Assembly (NCBI GenBank): GCA_001873215.1
Contig: MNYS01000009.1
Location: 3,654 to 67,653 of the forward strand
Length of the DNA: 64,000 nt
Reading direction: 5' to 3'
Origin: Candidatus Levybacteria bacterium CG2_30_37_29
GTDB taxonomy: Bacteria; Patescibacteriota; Microgenomatia; Levybacterales; GWA1-39-11
The position numbers and the translations under genes are program-made. How positions within the stretch are numbered: the stretch's first letter is position 1; every line of letters starts with the position of its first letter. The notes beneath the pieces are model-generated. The model made no database searches and was not told where the DNA came from. It saw only the letters and a program-made list of their open reading frames with translations. Below, piece after piece: positions 28,772-38,500 of the stretch.

Positions 28772-28862
28772 GAGTGCAACGAGGAGATGGTTGCTCAAGG
28801 TTCTGGGTTTAACCAGGTTCTTATGCGACCTCTCCAATATTTTAAACACTAAATAAACGGTT

Positions 28863-28952
28863 TGGCGGAGGAGACAGGATTCGAACCTGCGTGAGTCTTA
28901 CGACTCAGGGATTTAGCAAACCCCCGCAATGGACCAACTATGCGACTCCTCC
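28863..28952 (-). tRNA. tRNA-Ser (anticodon GCT)
   Basis: Reverse complement GGAGGAGTCGCATAGTTGGTCCATTGCGGGGGTTTGCTAAATCCCTGAGTCGTAAGACTCACGCAGGTTCGAATCCTGTCTCCTCCGCCA: anticodon stem GGGGT/ATCCC, loop TTGCTAA, long variable arm, encoded CCA. Confidence 0.85.
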
Positions 28953-29058
28953 ACGTGCTGTTAAGCCTTGGTATTATATCAGAAACTGTGGGTACTTTGT
29001 TACCTTTTTGTGGCTATTTTTGTTTGCTCTGGTGTTTAATTAGTGTTATGATGTACGT

Positions 29059-29379
29059 ATGCTGGAACTACAAAAACCGCTAGAGGCGACAGGTATAAAT
29101 ATTGGAATTCAGGCTCCGCCGGAAGTGGCAGCTGCGGGCATCAGAGCCGTGAACGAAAAAAAAGAACTTCAGAAAATACATGACAATCTTTTGGAAATTG
29201 GCGCAAGCCATGCAGGTCCGGAAACGCCTATCACAACAGACCCGGAACTTGCAACAGGAGAAGTAGTACCAAAAAATATCTCTAGTTTCAAACCTAAAAA
29301 AGACACGACTTCGTTCTGGAGAGGACTTTTTTTGAGAAAACACCAAGAGCAAGGAAAGGAATTAAAAAATGCCGCTTGA
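29059..29379 (+). CDS. Small hypothetical protein upstream of the coupling-protein-like ATPase
   Basis: 106-aa ORF, hydrophilic; its stop overlaps the start of the next gene; no motif recognised. Confidence 0.3.
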   Translation: MLELQKPLEATGINIGIQAPPEVAAAGIRAVNEKKELQKIHDNLLEIGASHAGPETPITTDPELATGEVVPKNISSFKPKKDTTSFWRGLFLRKHQEQGKELKNAA

Positions 29380-31789
29380 AGCATTAAACACACAAAATCT
29401 TCTAAATACTTTTATTGTATTTTTGATTGCGACAATACTTTCAGCTCTCCTTGTAGGTGGGGTTGTCGGAATTGCTCTTGCGCTTGGGTTTTGGAGAAAA
29501 TACAAAGAGAGACACCAGAAATCACTTGATACTGCCCTTCTTGAAATAACTCTTCCCCGGGAAAACGAGATAAAAATTGACGCCGCAGAACAACTATTTT
29601 CAGGTTTTACCTCCATAAAAGGCGCAAAGGGTTTTTTATCTTTTTTGAAAGTTCCCGAAAGTATCTCTTTTGAAATAGTTGCCAATTCTAATGATATTAG
29701 ATTTTATGTTGGGGTTCCGCGCAGACTAAAAGACATGGTTGAAAAGCAAATTCACGGCGCGTATCCTGACGCGCAAGTTATAGAAATTGAAGATTATAAT
29801 ATTTTTGACACCGATGGAAAAGTCGCATTCGCAACTCTTAAACTTAAGAAAGCCTCATATGAGCCGATTAAAATCTATAAAGACCTTGCAGTTGATCCGC
29901 TCTCAACCGTAACAAGTACTCTTGGAAAAATGCAGGAGGGCGAGGCTGGTGCTATCCAAATCTTAATAACTCCGGCAAGCGACAATTGGAAAAAAACGGG
30001 ACGCTCCTATATTTCAAATACAAAAAAAAGGGAAGCAAATCCTGAAACCGCAAAATATTCTGTTGACCAAAAAGAACTTGAGGCAGTCGAGCAAAAAATT
30101 GCAAAACCCGGATTTAATACTCAAATTAGACTATTGGTCGTTTCTTCAACAAAAGAAGCCGCAGACGCGCATATTTCAAATATGGAAGGCGCGTTTACCC
30201 AATTTGCGTCATTTAATTCTTTTGAAAAAGCGAAAGCAAGATTTTTTAAAGGGATGGCAATGGTTGATTTTGTCTACCGCCAACTTCCGCTTATCCCAAT
30301 ATCACAAAATGTTTTGACGATTGAAGAACTTGCAACAATTTTCCATTTTCCAAATAAAAGTGTTGAAAATCCGCGCATCCGTTGGCTTGCGGCTCGTGTG
30401 GCCCCGGCACCAGCCACGATTCCGACAACCGGACTTTACCTCGGAAAAAGTATTTACCGCGGACAAATCCGCCCGATATACATAGCGGATGACGACAGAA
30501 GGCGCCACATGTATATTATTGGAAAAACTGGAGTTGGAAAATCCGAATTTTTAAAAGACATGATTTTGCAGGACATAAGAGAAGGTAAAGGCGTATGCTT
30601 TATTGACCCCCACGACACAATTGATATGATACTTCCGCTTATCCCACCGGAACGTGCTGAAGACGTAATTCTTTTTGACCCGTCTGACACCGAACGCCCG
30701 ATGGGAATTAACATGCTTGACGCTCAAACCGATGAACAAAAAGATTTGATTGTAACTTCAATTATCGGACTCATGTATAAGCTTTATGATCCTAATAAAA
30801 CAGGAATTATCGGTCCTCGCTTTGAACACGCAATCCGCAATGCAATGCTAACTGTCATGAGTGAGCCGGGCAATACTTTTGTTGAAGTCGTAAGGGTTCT
30901 TACAGACTCATCATTTGTCCAAGAACTTTTGCCAAAAATTGACGACCCGATTGTCAGACGGTACTGGACTGATCAAATCGCCCAAACTTCAGACTTCCAT
31001 AAATCGGAAGTTCTGGATTATATCGTTTCAAAATTCGGTAGATTTGTTACCAACCGCATGATGCGGGATATTATCGGCCAAAGCGTAAGCGCTTTTAATT
31101 TCCGCGAAGTAATGGACCAAGGAAAAATTCTTCTTATTTCTCTTGCGAAGGGAAAAATCGGAGAGGACAACTCGAGCTTTTTGGGACTTATTCTTGTTCC
31201 AAAAATTTTAGCCGCTGCAATGTCCAGAACCGATGTGCCACAAGAACAACGCCGCGATTTTTATTTATATGTTGACGAATTCCAAAATTTTGCAACTCCT
31301 GACTTTGGACAAATTCTATCAGAAGCGCGGAAATACCGACTTAACCTAATTGTTGCCAACCAATTTATCGGACAAATTGAAGAAGAAGTAAAAAATGCAA
31401 TTTTCGGAAATGCCGGAACAATTATTTCATTCCGCGTCGGAGTATCAGACGCAAATTATCTTCAGCACGAATTTCAGCCTACTTTTTCTGAAGCAGACCT
31501 TATAAATGTCGAGCGCTATCACGCTTATGTTAAAACTCTTATAAATGGTGAGCCCACAACTCCTTTTTCAATGGATCTGACTCGGGATCTAACAGAGGAG
31601 AAAAAACAGGAAAATCCCCGAGTTGCAGAACTTGTCCGAGAATTATCGCGCCTTAAGTTTGGCCGACCGCGGGATTTGGTTGAGGCAGAAATTGCAAAAC
31701 GATCACGCCTTTTTGAAGTATTGGGCGATTTAGGAGACGGTCCCGAACAGCTAAAAGGCCCAGACGGCGGATCAGGCGGATTGCTTTAG
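29369..31789 (+). CDS. FtsK/HerA-superfamily ATPase, VirD4/TraD/TraG-like type IV coupling protein (putative)
   Basis: N-terminal TM (FIVFLIATILSALLVGGVVGIALALGFW), about 300-aa middle domain, Walker A YIIGKTGVGKSEF, FIDPHD (like T4CP DPKGD), Walker B LYVDEFQNF. 806 aa. Confidence 0.5.
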   Translation: MPLEALNTQNLLNTFIVFLIATILSALLVGGVVGIALALGFWRKYKERHQKSLDTALLEITLPRENEIKIDAAEQLFSGFTSIKGAKGFLSFLKVPESISFEIVANSNDIRFYVGVPRRLKDMVEKQIHGAYPDAQVIEIEDYNIFDTDGKVAFATLKLKKASYEPIKIYKDLAVDPLSTVTSTLGKMQEGEAGAIQILITPASDNWKKTGRSYISNTKKREANPETAKYSVDQKELEAVEQKIAKPGFNTQIRLLVVSSTKEAADAHISNMEGAFTQFASFNSFEKAKARFFKGMAMVDFVYRQLPLIPISQNVLTIEELATIFHFPNKSVENPRIRWLAARVAPAPATIPTTGLYLGKSIYRGQIRPIYIADDDRRRHMYIIGKTGVGKSEFLKDMILQDIREGKGVCFIDPHDTIDMILPLIPPERAEDVILFDPSDTERPMGINMLDAQTDEQKDLIVTSIIGLMYKLYDPNKTGIIGPRFEHAIRNAMLTVMSEPGNTFVEVVRVLTDSSFVQELLPKIDDPIVRRYWTDQIAQTSDFHKSEVLDYIVSKFGRFVTNRMMRDIIGQSVSAFNFREVMDQGKILLISLAKGKIGEDNSSFLGLILVPKILAAAMSRTDVPQEQRRDFYLYVDEFQNFATPDFGQILSEARKYRLNLIVANQFIGQIEEEVKNAIFGNAGTIISFRVGVSDANYLQHEFQPTFSEADLINVERYHAYVKTLINGEPTTPFSMDLTRDLTEEKKQENPRVAELVRELSRLKFGRPRDLVEAEIAKRSRLFEVLGDLGDGPEQLKGPDGGSGGLL

Positions 31790-31811
31790 TTTTTGGTATA
31801 ATCCCAAACAA

Positions 31812-31883
31812 GGGCCTGTAGCTCAGCGGTAGAGCGCTACTCTTATAAAGTAGATGTCCTTGGTTCGATCCCAAGCAGGCCCA
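31812..31883 (+). tRNA. tRNA-Ile with anticodon TAT (UAU)
   Basis: GGGCCTGTAGCTCAGCGGTAGAGCGCTACTCTTATAAAGTAGATGTCCTTGGTTCGATCCCAAGCAGGCCCA: perfect cloverleaf, anticodon stem CTACT/AGTAG, loop CTTATAA so positions 34-36 are TAT. Body resembles bacterial tRNA-Ile (GGGCCTGTAGCTCAG...TAGAGCGC), discriminator A. Confidence 0.75.
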
Positions 31884-31923
31884 CCGAATTGAATTTCCCA
31901 TCGCTTTATGCTTCACTAGATTA

Positions 31924-33435
31924 ATGGAACCAAACCAACAACCCATTGAACCTCAAAACATAAAACTGCCTGGACCGATAAATCTATTCAAAGATTCTTT
32001 TTTAATATACAAACTAAGATTTAAAACAATTATTGGACTCAGTCTTATATATTACATTCAGCTTTTACTCGTAATGACAGTAATAATTATTGTTAGTATT
32101 CTAGGAATTGCTCTTGTATACGCGTTGAAGTTCTCTATCCCAATTCTCATCCTTGTTGGCATTTTAGCATTAACGCTAATTTTAGGTTATATATTTATTC
32201 AAAACTTGACCATTCTATCTTTAATAACAAGTATTGTTAATTATCGAGAAGGAATAGGAATTATCGAATCTTTCAAAAGAAGCTTCAAAAAAACAATTCC
32301 GTATATCTGGACAAGTGCACTTGTTTTTCTTGTTACATTTGGATTAATTCTAATTGTATTGCTACCTACTATGTTGATATTTATCTTTCTTTCTAAATTA
32401 GCATTATTGTCCCCCGGAGACATCATTGGTAAAGCCTTAATCACATTTATCAGCACTGTTCTCTTTATAGCCCTCGTTGGTATTTTGACAGTGTGGTTTT
32501 TTAACGCAGCCTATGTTTTAGCCTCAGAAGGAATTGGAGGCCTGAATGCACTTCTTAAAAGTCGCGAGTACGTGAGAGGGAGATTCTTTTCTGTTTTGTT
32601 AAGAATTGTTTTATTGTTAATAGTAATTACTTTTTTCGAAACAGGAATATCTATTCTCCCAAAACTAATATCATTACTGCATGTTCCATATTTAGATATT
32701 ATAATTACTGCCGCAATATCAATAGCACTTGCACCTTTGGGATTTATTTATAGTTTTATTATTTATGATAATTTAAAAGCATTTAAAGGCGACTTCGTTT
32801 TTCAACCCTCAAAAAAGGGCAAAATCCTACTTTTGTCTATTATATTTACCCCATTGATTTTTGCGTTTATACTTCTTTACTACATATTCCCAAGCCTTAT
32901 TTCCTCCTATAAAATGCCTAGATCAATAGGAAATTATCCCAAAATATCAATTTCTCCCACTCAAAACAAACCAATTACGCCAACTTATCAATCCGGCACG
33001 TTTTTGATTGAAGGACAGTCTATGTATCCTAATTATCAAAATGGGCAGTCTTTCACCATTAATACAACTACATATAACACTACTAATCCCTCTCGTGGAG
33101 AATTAATCATATTTTTTAGTCCGATTACTCGAAAGCCTATTCTAAAGAGAGTTATTGGAATACCTGGAGATAAAATATCCTTAATAAATAACTCTATCTC
33201 TCTTAATGGACAACAACTTAATGAGAGTCTGTATCTCCCTCCGGAAACCAAAACATATGTGGGAACTTTTTTAGAAAATAGTAAGGAAATAACCGTACCT
33301 CCTGATGCTTATTTCGTTTTGGGCGACAACCGAAGCTTTAGTTCAGACTCTCGAGAATGGGGTTATATTTTAAAAAATGATATAGTTGGAAAACTCGGAA
33401 ATTGCTATTCTAACTGCGGTTTGAACAAAAGATAA
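31924..33435 (+). CDS. Signal peptidase I (S26) catalytic domain fused to a large N-terminal polytopic membrane domain
   Basis: C-terminal about 170 aa: LIEGQSMYPNY (Ser box), KRVIGIPGDKIS (Lys box), YFVLGDNRSFSSDSREWG (box E). N-terminal about 330 aa with 8 or more TM helices. Confidence 0.7.
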   Translation: MEPNQQPIEPQNIKLPGPINLFKDSFLIYKLRFKTIIGLSLIYYIQLLLVMTVIIIVSILGIALVYALKFSIPILILVGILALTLILGYIFIQNLTILSLITSIVNYREGIGIIESFKRSFKKTIPYIWTSALVFLVTFGLILIVLLPTMLIFIFLSKLALLSPGDIIGKALITFISTVLFIALVGILTVWFFNAAYVLASEGIGGLNALLKSREYVRGRFFSVLLRIVLLLIVITFFETGISILPKLISLLHVPYLDIIITAAISIALAPLGFIYSFIIYDNLKAFKGDFVFQPSKKGKILLLSIIFTPLIFAFILLYYIFPSLISSYKMPRSIGNYPKISISPTQNKPITPTYQSGTFLIEGQSMYPNYQNGQSFTINTTTYNTTNPSRGELIIFFSPITRKPILKRVIGIPGDKISLINNSISLNGQQLNESLYLPPETKTYVGTFLENSKEITVPPDAYFVLGDNRSFSSDSREWGYILKNDIVGKLGNCYSNCGLNKR

Positions 33436-33462
33436 GCTTCTATCTGGTACAATTAATAACCA

Positions 33463-35190
33463 ATGAAAAAAGTTTTTTTTCTCGCATGTATCACTGCATT
33501 ATTTTTTATTAGTTTAAAACTTATTTCTTTCCCTGTTTATTCAGACGAGCTTGACGATATTGGGAAAAAGCTTGGAGAGCTTCAAAGCGCCTTATCTTCC
33601 TCTCAAAAAGCAACCGCTCCTCTTCTTTCCCAACTTACAAACCTGAAAGCTCAATTGACCGGAATTGAAAATCGTGTCGTTTTCCTTGAAAACGATATTG
33701 CCGAGAAAAAAAAGATTATAGAAAAAGGGTATAAAGATTTGGAAAAACAAAAGGAAATTTTTAATAAAACCGTCAGAGACTACTATATTAAAAATTATGC
33801 TTTTTCTCCGCTTCTTATTTTTATTTCCGCGCAAGATGCATCAAGCGTAACTCGTCTTATTGCATACAAAAAAAAGGGTACCGATCAAGACAAAATCCTG
33901 ATAACAAATATTGCGTTAAAGCTTACGGACATTGAAGAGCGTAAAAAAAATCTGGAAAGCGAAGAAACCCGCCTATCAAGCGTGAAAGAAAAACTCGCTA
34001 GTGAAAAGCTTCAGGTTGAAAAAGTAGTTAAAGGAGCACAAGAATATCAAACAACACTGTCAAGTCAAATAGCACAATTATCAGCAAAACAGCAAGACCT
34101 AATTGCGCAAAAATTAGGAAGGCTTAATATCCCGCGCTCTGCTGGGTCAGGAGGAAGCTGCTCAAGCGATATAGAGCCTTTTAAAAGTCCCGGGTTTAGT
34201 CCTGCCTTTGGACTATTCACATATGGTGTTCCTAACAGGGTTGGTCTTAATCAATATGGCGCGTTTGGACGGTCAAAAGCTGGACAAGGCGTTGAGGATA
34301 TTTTACATGCATATTATGATAGTTATGAGTTAAAAAAAGATTATAGCCAAGAAATTACTATCAATGTTGAAGGAGGACCATCATTAAAGATTGATGATTA
34401 TCTAAAGCATTTAGGGGAAATGCCTGAATCATGGGGAAATGAAGGAGGATACGAAGCACTAAAAGCACAAGCTATCGCTGCCCGCTCTTATGCTCTTGCG
34501 TATACAAACAACGGCCAGGGCTCAATCTGCGGGACTGACCACTGCCAAGTTTTCCTGGCAAATGAAAAAGGGGGAAAATGGAATGAAGCAGTTGAAGCAA
34601 CAAAAGGATGGGTTATGGTTCAGGGAGGAAATCCTATTAAAGCATGGTTTTCTTCAACGCACGGAGGCTATGTTCATTCATCAGGAGATATCGGCTGGAG
34701 CGGAACTTCATGGACTAAGAACGGAACTGACTCCTCTTCTTCAATAGGCAGTTTTGACGATCTTAAAAACAATGCATACGACAAGGAATCTCCATGGTTT
34801 TATTGCGATTGGGGAGCGCGGGCAGAATACAATAAAACAGCTTGGCTAAAACCCGATGAAGTTGCAGACATTGCTAACGTAATTCTATTGGCGCGGAAAA
34901 ATTCTTCATCAAAATCTCATTTATACCAAACAGATGAAGCAAACCCTGAAGGAACAGATACTTGGGACGCTGGACGCGTAAAACAGGAGCTTGGAAGTGA
35001 TGCGTTTAATAACGTTTCTGATATTTCTGTTTCAACAGACTTTGGCTCCGGAAAAACTACTTCTGTCACAATAAACGGTGATGGTAAATCCCAAAATTTC
35101 CCTGCTTCAGAATTTAAAGACTGGTTTAATTTACGGGCACCAAAAAATATACAAATCGTCGGGCCTTTGTACAATGCTGAAAAACGCTAA
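33463..35190 (+). CDS. Secreted coiled-coil protein with SpoIID/LytB-family domain (peptidoglycan remodelling)
   Basis: Signal peptide, about 200-aa coiled-coil, then YEALKAQAIAARSYALAYTNNGQGSICGTDHCQVF...WFSSTHGG, matching the SpoIID/LytB signature (QAVAARTYAL...C.T..CQVY...). Confidence 0.65.
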   Translation: MKKVFFLACITALFFISLKLISFPVYSDELDDIGKKLGELQSALSSSQKATAPLLSQLTNLKAQLTGIENRVVFLENDIAEKKKIIEKGYKDLEKQKEIFNKTVRDYYIKNYAFSPLLIFISAQDASSVTRLIAYKKKGTDQDKILITNIALKLTDIEERKKNLESEETRLSSVKEKLASEKLQVEKVVKGAQEYQTTLSSQIAQLSAKQQDLIAQKLGRLNIPRSAGSGGSCSSDIEPFKSPGFSPAFGLFTYGVPNRVGLNQYGAFGRSKAGQGVEDILHAYYDSYELKKDYSQEITINVEGGPSLKIDDYLKHLGEMPESWGNEGGYEALKAQAIAARSYALAYTNNGQGSICGTDHCQVFLANEKGGKWNEAVEATKGWVMVQGGNPIKAWFSSTHGGYVHSSGDIGWSGTSWTKNGTDSSSSIGSFDDLKNNAYDKESPWFYCDWGARAEYNKTAWLKPDEVADIANVILLARKNSSSKSHLYQTDEANPEGTDTWDAGRVKQELGSDAFNNVSDISVSTDFGSGKTTSVTINGDGKSQNFPASEFKDWFNLRAPKNIQIVGPLYNAEKR

Positions 35191-35248
35191 ATTCTCACTT
35201 AAGATTAGCAAAAAAATATAATTTAGGCTATAATTTTGCACAGACGCT

Positions 35249-35929
35249 GTGGACAAATCAAGCCAACCATTACAAGGAGAGTTCGTTTTGGGAAAACAAA
35301 AGCCCGAGAAAACTCTTGACATAAAAAACTCAAAAAAGGGAATTGACAGTACTGATCCTCCTTTTTCCCATTCGGGGGACGCGCGTAAGAATCCTCATTT
35401 TTATTCCTCGCTTTCCTATTTTCCACAAGGGATAACATTTGAAGATCAGGAAGCAAACGAGGAAATTATTCTCTTAATAAGGAGGGATTTTATAACAAAT
35501 ATTCCTTGGGTAGCAATGTCGTTTTCTCTTATAATTGCTCCTATTCTCTTCTCGTTCTTTTCGGACACCCTCTTTCCTTTTATTCAAATTTCTCCTACGA
35601 CACACTTCTTGCTCTTATTGTTTTACTATCTTTTAGTCGCAGGGTTTATTTTAGTCGAGTTTACTCTCTGGTATTTTAACATCTTACTTGTTACCAATAT
35701 GCGTGTTATTGATGTTGATATTGATGGGATACTATACAAGAATGTCGCCCAAACAAAACTTGACTTAATTCAGGATGTTAGCTACACTCAAATTGGGGCA
35801 ATTCGGTCGCTATTTAACTATGGAGACATTTTAGTTCAAACAGCAGGATCTCTGGGAAATTTTGAGTGCACCAAAGCTCCTGAACCGGCACGCGTGATAA
35901 AAATTATAGGAGATTTAATAGGAAAATAA
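35249..35929 (+). CDS. Membrane protein with bacterial PH (bPH_2/YdbS-like) domain
   Basis: EIILLIRRDFITNIPWVAMSF, two TM helices, then NILLVTNMRVIDVD (bPH_2 pattern 'LTN.R.i'). The N-terminal 60 aa may not be translated. Confidence 0.45.
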   Translation: MDKSSQPLQGEFVLGKQKPEKTLDIKNSKKGIDSTDPPFSHSGDARKNPHFYSSLSYFPQGITFEDQEANEEIILLIRRDFITNIPWVAMSFSLIIAPILFSFFSDTLFPFIQISPTTHFLLLLFYYLLVAGFILVEFTLWYFNILLVTNMRVIDVDIDGILYKNVAQTKLDLIQDVSYTQIGAIRSLFNYGDILVQTAGSLGNFECTKAPEPARVIKIIGDLIGK

Positions 35930-35930
35930 T

Positions 35931-36173
35931 ATGCAATTTAATGATTTTTTCCAATCAATTATTACTTCCTCTCTTAACCAAGATTCTATTGTTAAAATCT
36001 TGCTTGTAATTTTTCTTTCTTTGTATATTCTTTTTGCAGTTATTCTTATGGTGCAAATTAGAAGGTTTAACGCAATAATTAACCAGGTAAGATTCTCTCC
36101 AATTTTTAAAGCGCTTGCAACAGGACATCTTATTGCAGCCGTTGTTCTTTTGATAGGCATTGCTATTAACTAA
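35931..36173 (+). CDS. Small two-TM membrane protein
   Basis: 80 aa with two hydrophobic helices, tightly packed after the bPH gene. Confidence 0.35.
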   Translation: MQFNDFFQSIITSSLNQDSIVKILLVIFLSLYILFAVILMVQIRRFNAIINQVRFSPIFKALATGHLIAAVVLLIGIAIN

Positions 36174-36175
36174 CT

Positions 36176-38023
36176 ATGAACAGTCAAAACATATTGATTG
36201 CAAAAATAATAACAAATGCAACTGACACTACATGGTCCCAAGCCTATAGCACAATAAATTTATACGTAACGCTTTCGCTTACGTCCTCTGAAAAACTTGA
36301 AGAGGCAATAGCATCATACGGTAAAGACATATTGGAAAGGCTCCAGAGGGAATTTTTTGCGCTTGACGATAAAAATCTTGAGACAGTAAAAAAAGCGGTT
36401 GAAACAGTCACCGAAGAAATTGGAAAAGAATACTCCTATTCTATAGTCCTTGCAACAACAAACGGTGAAACTCTTTATATTGTCGTCGGATCAGCAGGAA
36501 TGGTGGTTATAAAACGCGGGGAAAAACTCGGAACAATTGCAAAAGGAGAAGAAGGAACAGTAACTGCATTTTCCGGTCACCTACAAGACGGTGACATAAT
36601 TGTTCTTGAAACTTCTGATTTTGCAAAAAAAATTCCTTCGGACAAATTATCTCCTCATCTTGAAGGAGCAACCGTTTCTGAAATTTCAGAAAATATTGCG
36701 CCTCTTATCCATGAGGATCCTATTGGAAACGAGGCGGCGATAATTTTGCAATATAAAAAAGATGCTGAAGAAGTAGCTGACATACAGGAAGCACCTGGAG
36801 AAGAAAAAAAAGAAAAAGATCAAAAAGAAGACAAAAGCGATGAACCTTTCGAAGATGAAATCATCGCCCCCGAAGAAAAAGGTCCCGGAACTACAACTAG
36901 TCTTTTTTCTAAATTTAGATTACCTTCGGTAAATTTTGGAAAAAAACGTAAAATACTCATAATTATTGCAATTTTTGCTCTTGTTGCGGTTTTAGCAGTA
37001 AGTATTTTAATTGAAAAGGGAAGACAAGAGGAGAAAAAAAGAGAACAACAATTTACCCAACAAATAGTTCCTCTTGAAAAAAAACTGGAAGACGCAAACA
37101 CTCTTGCGGGACTTAATAAATCCCTTGCTCTTGATGCATATTCTGAAATTAAAAAAAACATCGAAGATATTCGCGACTCTTATCTAAAAGACACAACACA
37201 AAGAAAAAAAGTAGACGCTTTCTACTCTGAAGTATCAAAAAAAGTTGACGAGCTTTCTCAAGCCGCAAATTCCCAAAACGAAAAAGTATTTTTTGATCCG
37301 CAAAACGAAAGCGTTAAAAAGGTTGATATGGTAACCCGTAAAGGAGAGGCAATTGTTGCTGCAAACCGTGACGGCGGTATCGTTATTCTTTCAGGTGAGG
37401 GAAAAGTACAGAAAACAATAAAAAATGAGTTTAAAAACATCGGAAGTATTACAGCTGATAAAGAGACTGTTTATTTGCTCTCGGATTCAGGAGTTTTAAG
37501 CGCCAACAAGAAAAAAGCAACAACAGAAAAAATTATTCCGGATGTAAAAAATACTGCTGACGTAGCAGGAATTGATACTTTTCTTGGAAATGTCTATGTT
37601 TTAAATAAAAAAGACGCAACAATCGACAAATACACTTCAGGAAGCACAACTAAAAAAGCTTACTTTACAGATAAAATTACGCTGAATTCTCCTATAGGTA
37701 TTTCTATTGACAGTTCAATCTGGGTTGTTGAGGACGATGGAAAAATCCGAAAATTCACAAAAGGAAAAGAAGACGACTTTTCTCTTAAAGGTCTTATAAA
37801 ACCGCTTGGAACAGGAAACATTCTTTACACAGATATTGATTATGCAAATATTTACCTTCTTGACGGCAAAAACGGGCGTGTTGTTCAAATTGCAAAAAAT
37901 GGAGAAGTGAAAAATCAATTTGCTTCAAAAAATCTTATAAACGCTGTTTCTTTTGCGGTTGATGAGACAGGCAAAAAAATATATTTTGTAAAAGACTCAA
38001 AAATCTATTCCTTTGACCTCTAA
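36176..38023 (+). CDS. Hypothetical bitopic protein: N-terminal alpha/beta domain, TM, coiled-coil, C-terminal beta-rich repeat domain
   Basis: 615 aa; central TM ILIIIAIFALVAVLAVSIL; repeated motifs in the C-terminal half (GxVYVLN/IYLLD-type strands) suggest a beta-propeller. Confidence 0.4.
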   Translation: MNSQNILIAKIITNATDTTWSQAYSTINLYVTLSLTSSEKLEEAIASYGKDILERLQREFFALDDKNLETVKKAVETVTEEIGKEYSYSIVLATTNGETLYIVVGSAGMVVIKRGEKLGTIAKGEEGTVTAFSGHLQDGDIIVLETSDFAKKIPSDKLSPHLEGATVSEISENIAPLIHEDPIGNEAAIILQYKKDAEEVADIQEAPGEEKKEKDQKEDKSDEPFEDEIIAPEEKGPGTTTSLFSKFRLPSVNFGKKRKILIIIAIFALVAVLAVSILIEKGRQEEKKREQQFTQQIVPLEKKLEDANTLAGLNKSLALDAYSEIKKNIEDIRDSYLKDTTQRKKVDAFYSEVSKKVDELSQAANSQNEKVFFDPQNESVKKVDMVTRKGEAIVAANRDGGIVILSGEGKVQKTIKNEFKNIGSITADKETVYLLSDSGVLSANKKKATTEKIIPDVKNTADVAGIDTFLGNVYVLNKKDATIDKYTSGSTTKKAYFTDKITLNSPIGISIDSSIWVVEDDGKIRKFTKGKEDDFSLKGLIKPLGTGNILYTDIDYANIYLLDGKNGRVVQIAKNGEVKNQFASKNLINAVSFAVDETGKKIYFVKDSKIYSFDL

Positions 38024-38053
38024 CATCTTCCTCAATACTGATATAATAGAGGC

Positions 38054-38491
38054 ATGAAAATAGGAAATAAAAGAATCTCACAATTTAAGTTGGAAGAAAA
38101 ACTTGAAGCTGGCATTGTATTGCTTGGTTCAGAGGTAAAAGCTGCGCGTCTTGGACACGCAGACATAACAGGAAGTTATGTAAAAATTATAGGCAACGAG
38201 GCATATCTTGTTGGTGCCAAAATTTTTCCGTACAAATTTTCGCGAATTGAAGGATATGACGAAAAACGGACAAGAAAACTTCTTCTTCACAAAAAAGAGC
38301 TTCTTGTTCTTAAATCACGCCTTGATCAGGGAAATTTTACACTTGTACCGACTGCGCTTTATCTTAAAAACGGGAATTTTAAGCTTGAAATAGCACTTGG
38401 TAAAGGAACAAAAGAACACGAGCGTCGGAAAAACGCAAAGCAAAAAGTCCTCAACCGCGTCGCCCAACGCGAACTAAAAAACGGGGAGTAG
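38054..38491 (+). CDS. smpB: SsrA-binding protein SmpB
   Basis: GIVLLGSEVKAARLGHADITGSYV...RKLLLHKKELL matches the SmpB core (GIVLTGTEVKSLR...RKLLLHKKEI). Confidence 0.9.
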   Translation: MKIGNKRISQFKLEEKLEAGIVLLGSEVKAARLGHADITGSYVKIIGNEAYLVGAKIFPYKFSRIEGYDEKRTRKLLLHKKELLVLKSRLDQGNFTLVPTALYLKNGNFKLEIALGKGTKEHERRKNAKQKVLNRVAQRELKNGE

Positions 38492-38500
38492 AGAAACGCG

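Noticed and set aside
30063-30317. Alternative-frame short ORFs inside the coupling-protein gene (also 30302-30739 minus)
   Set aside because: They are nested within a long ORF that has Walker A/B motifs in the main frame; no independent support.
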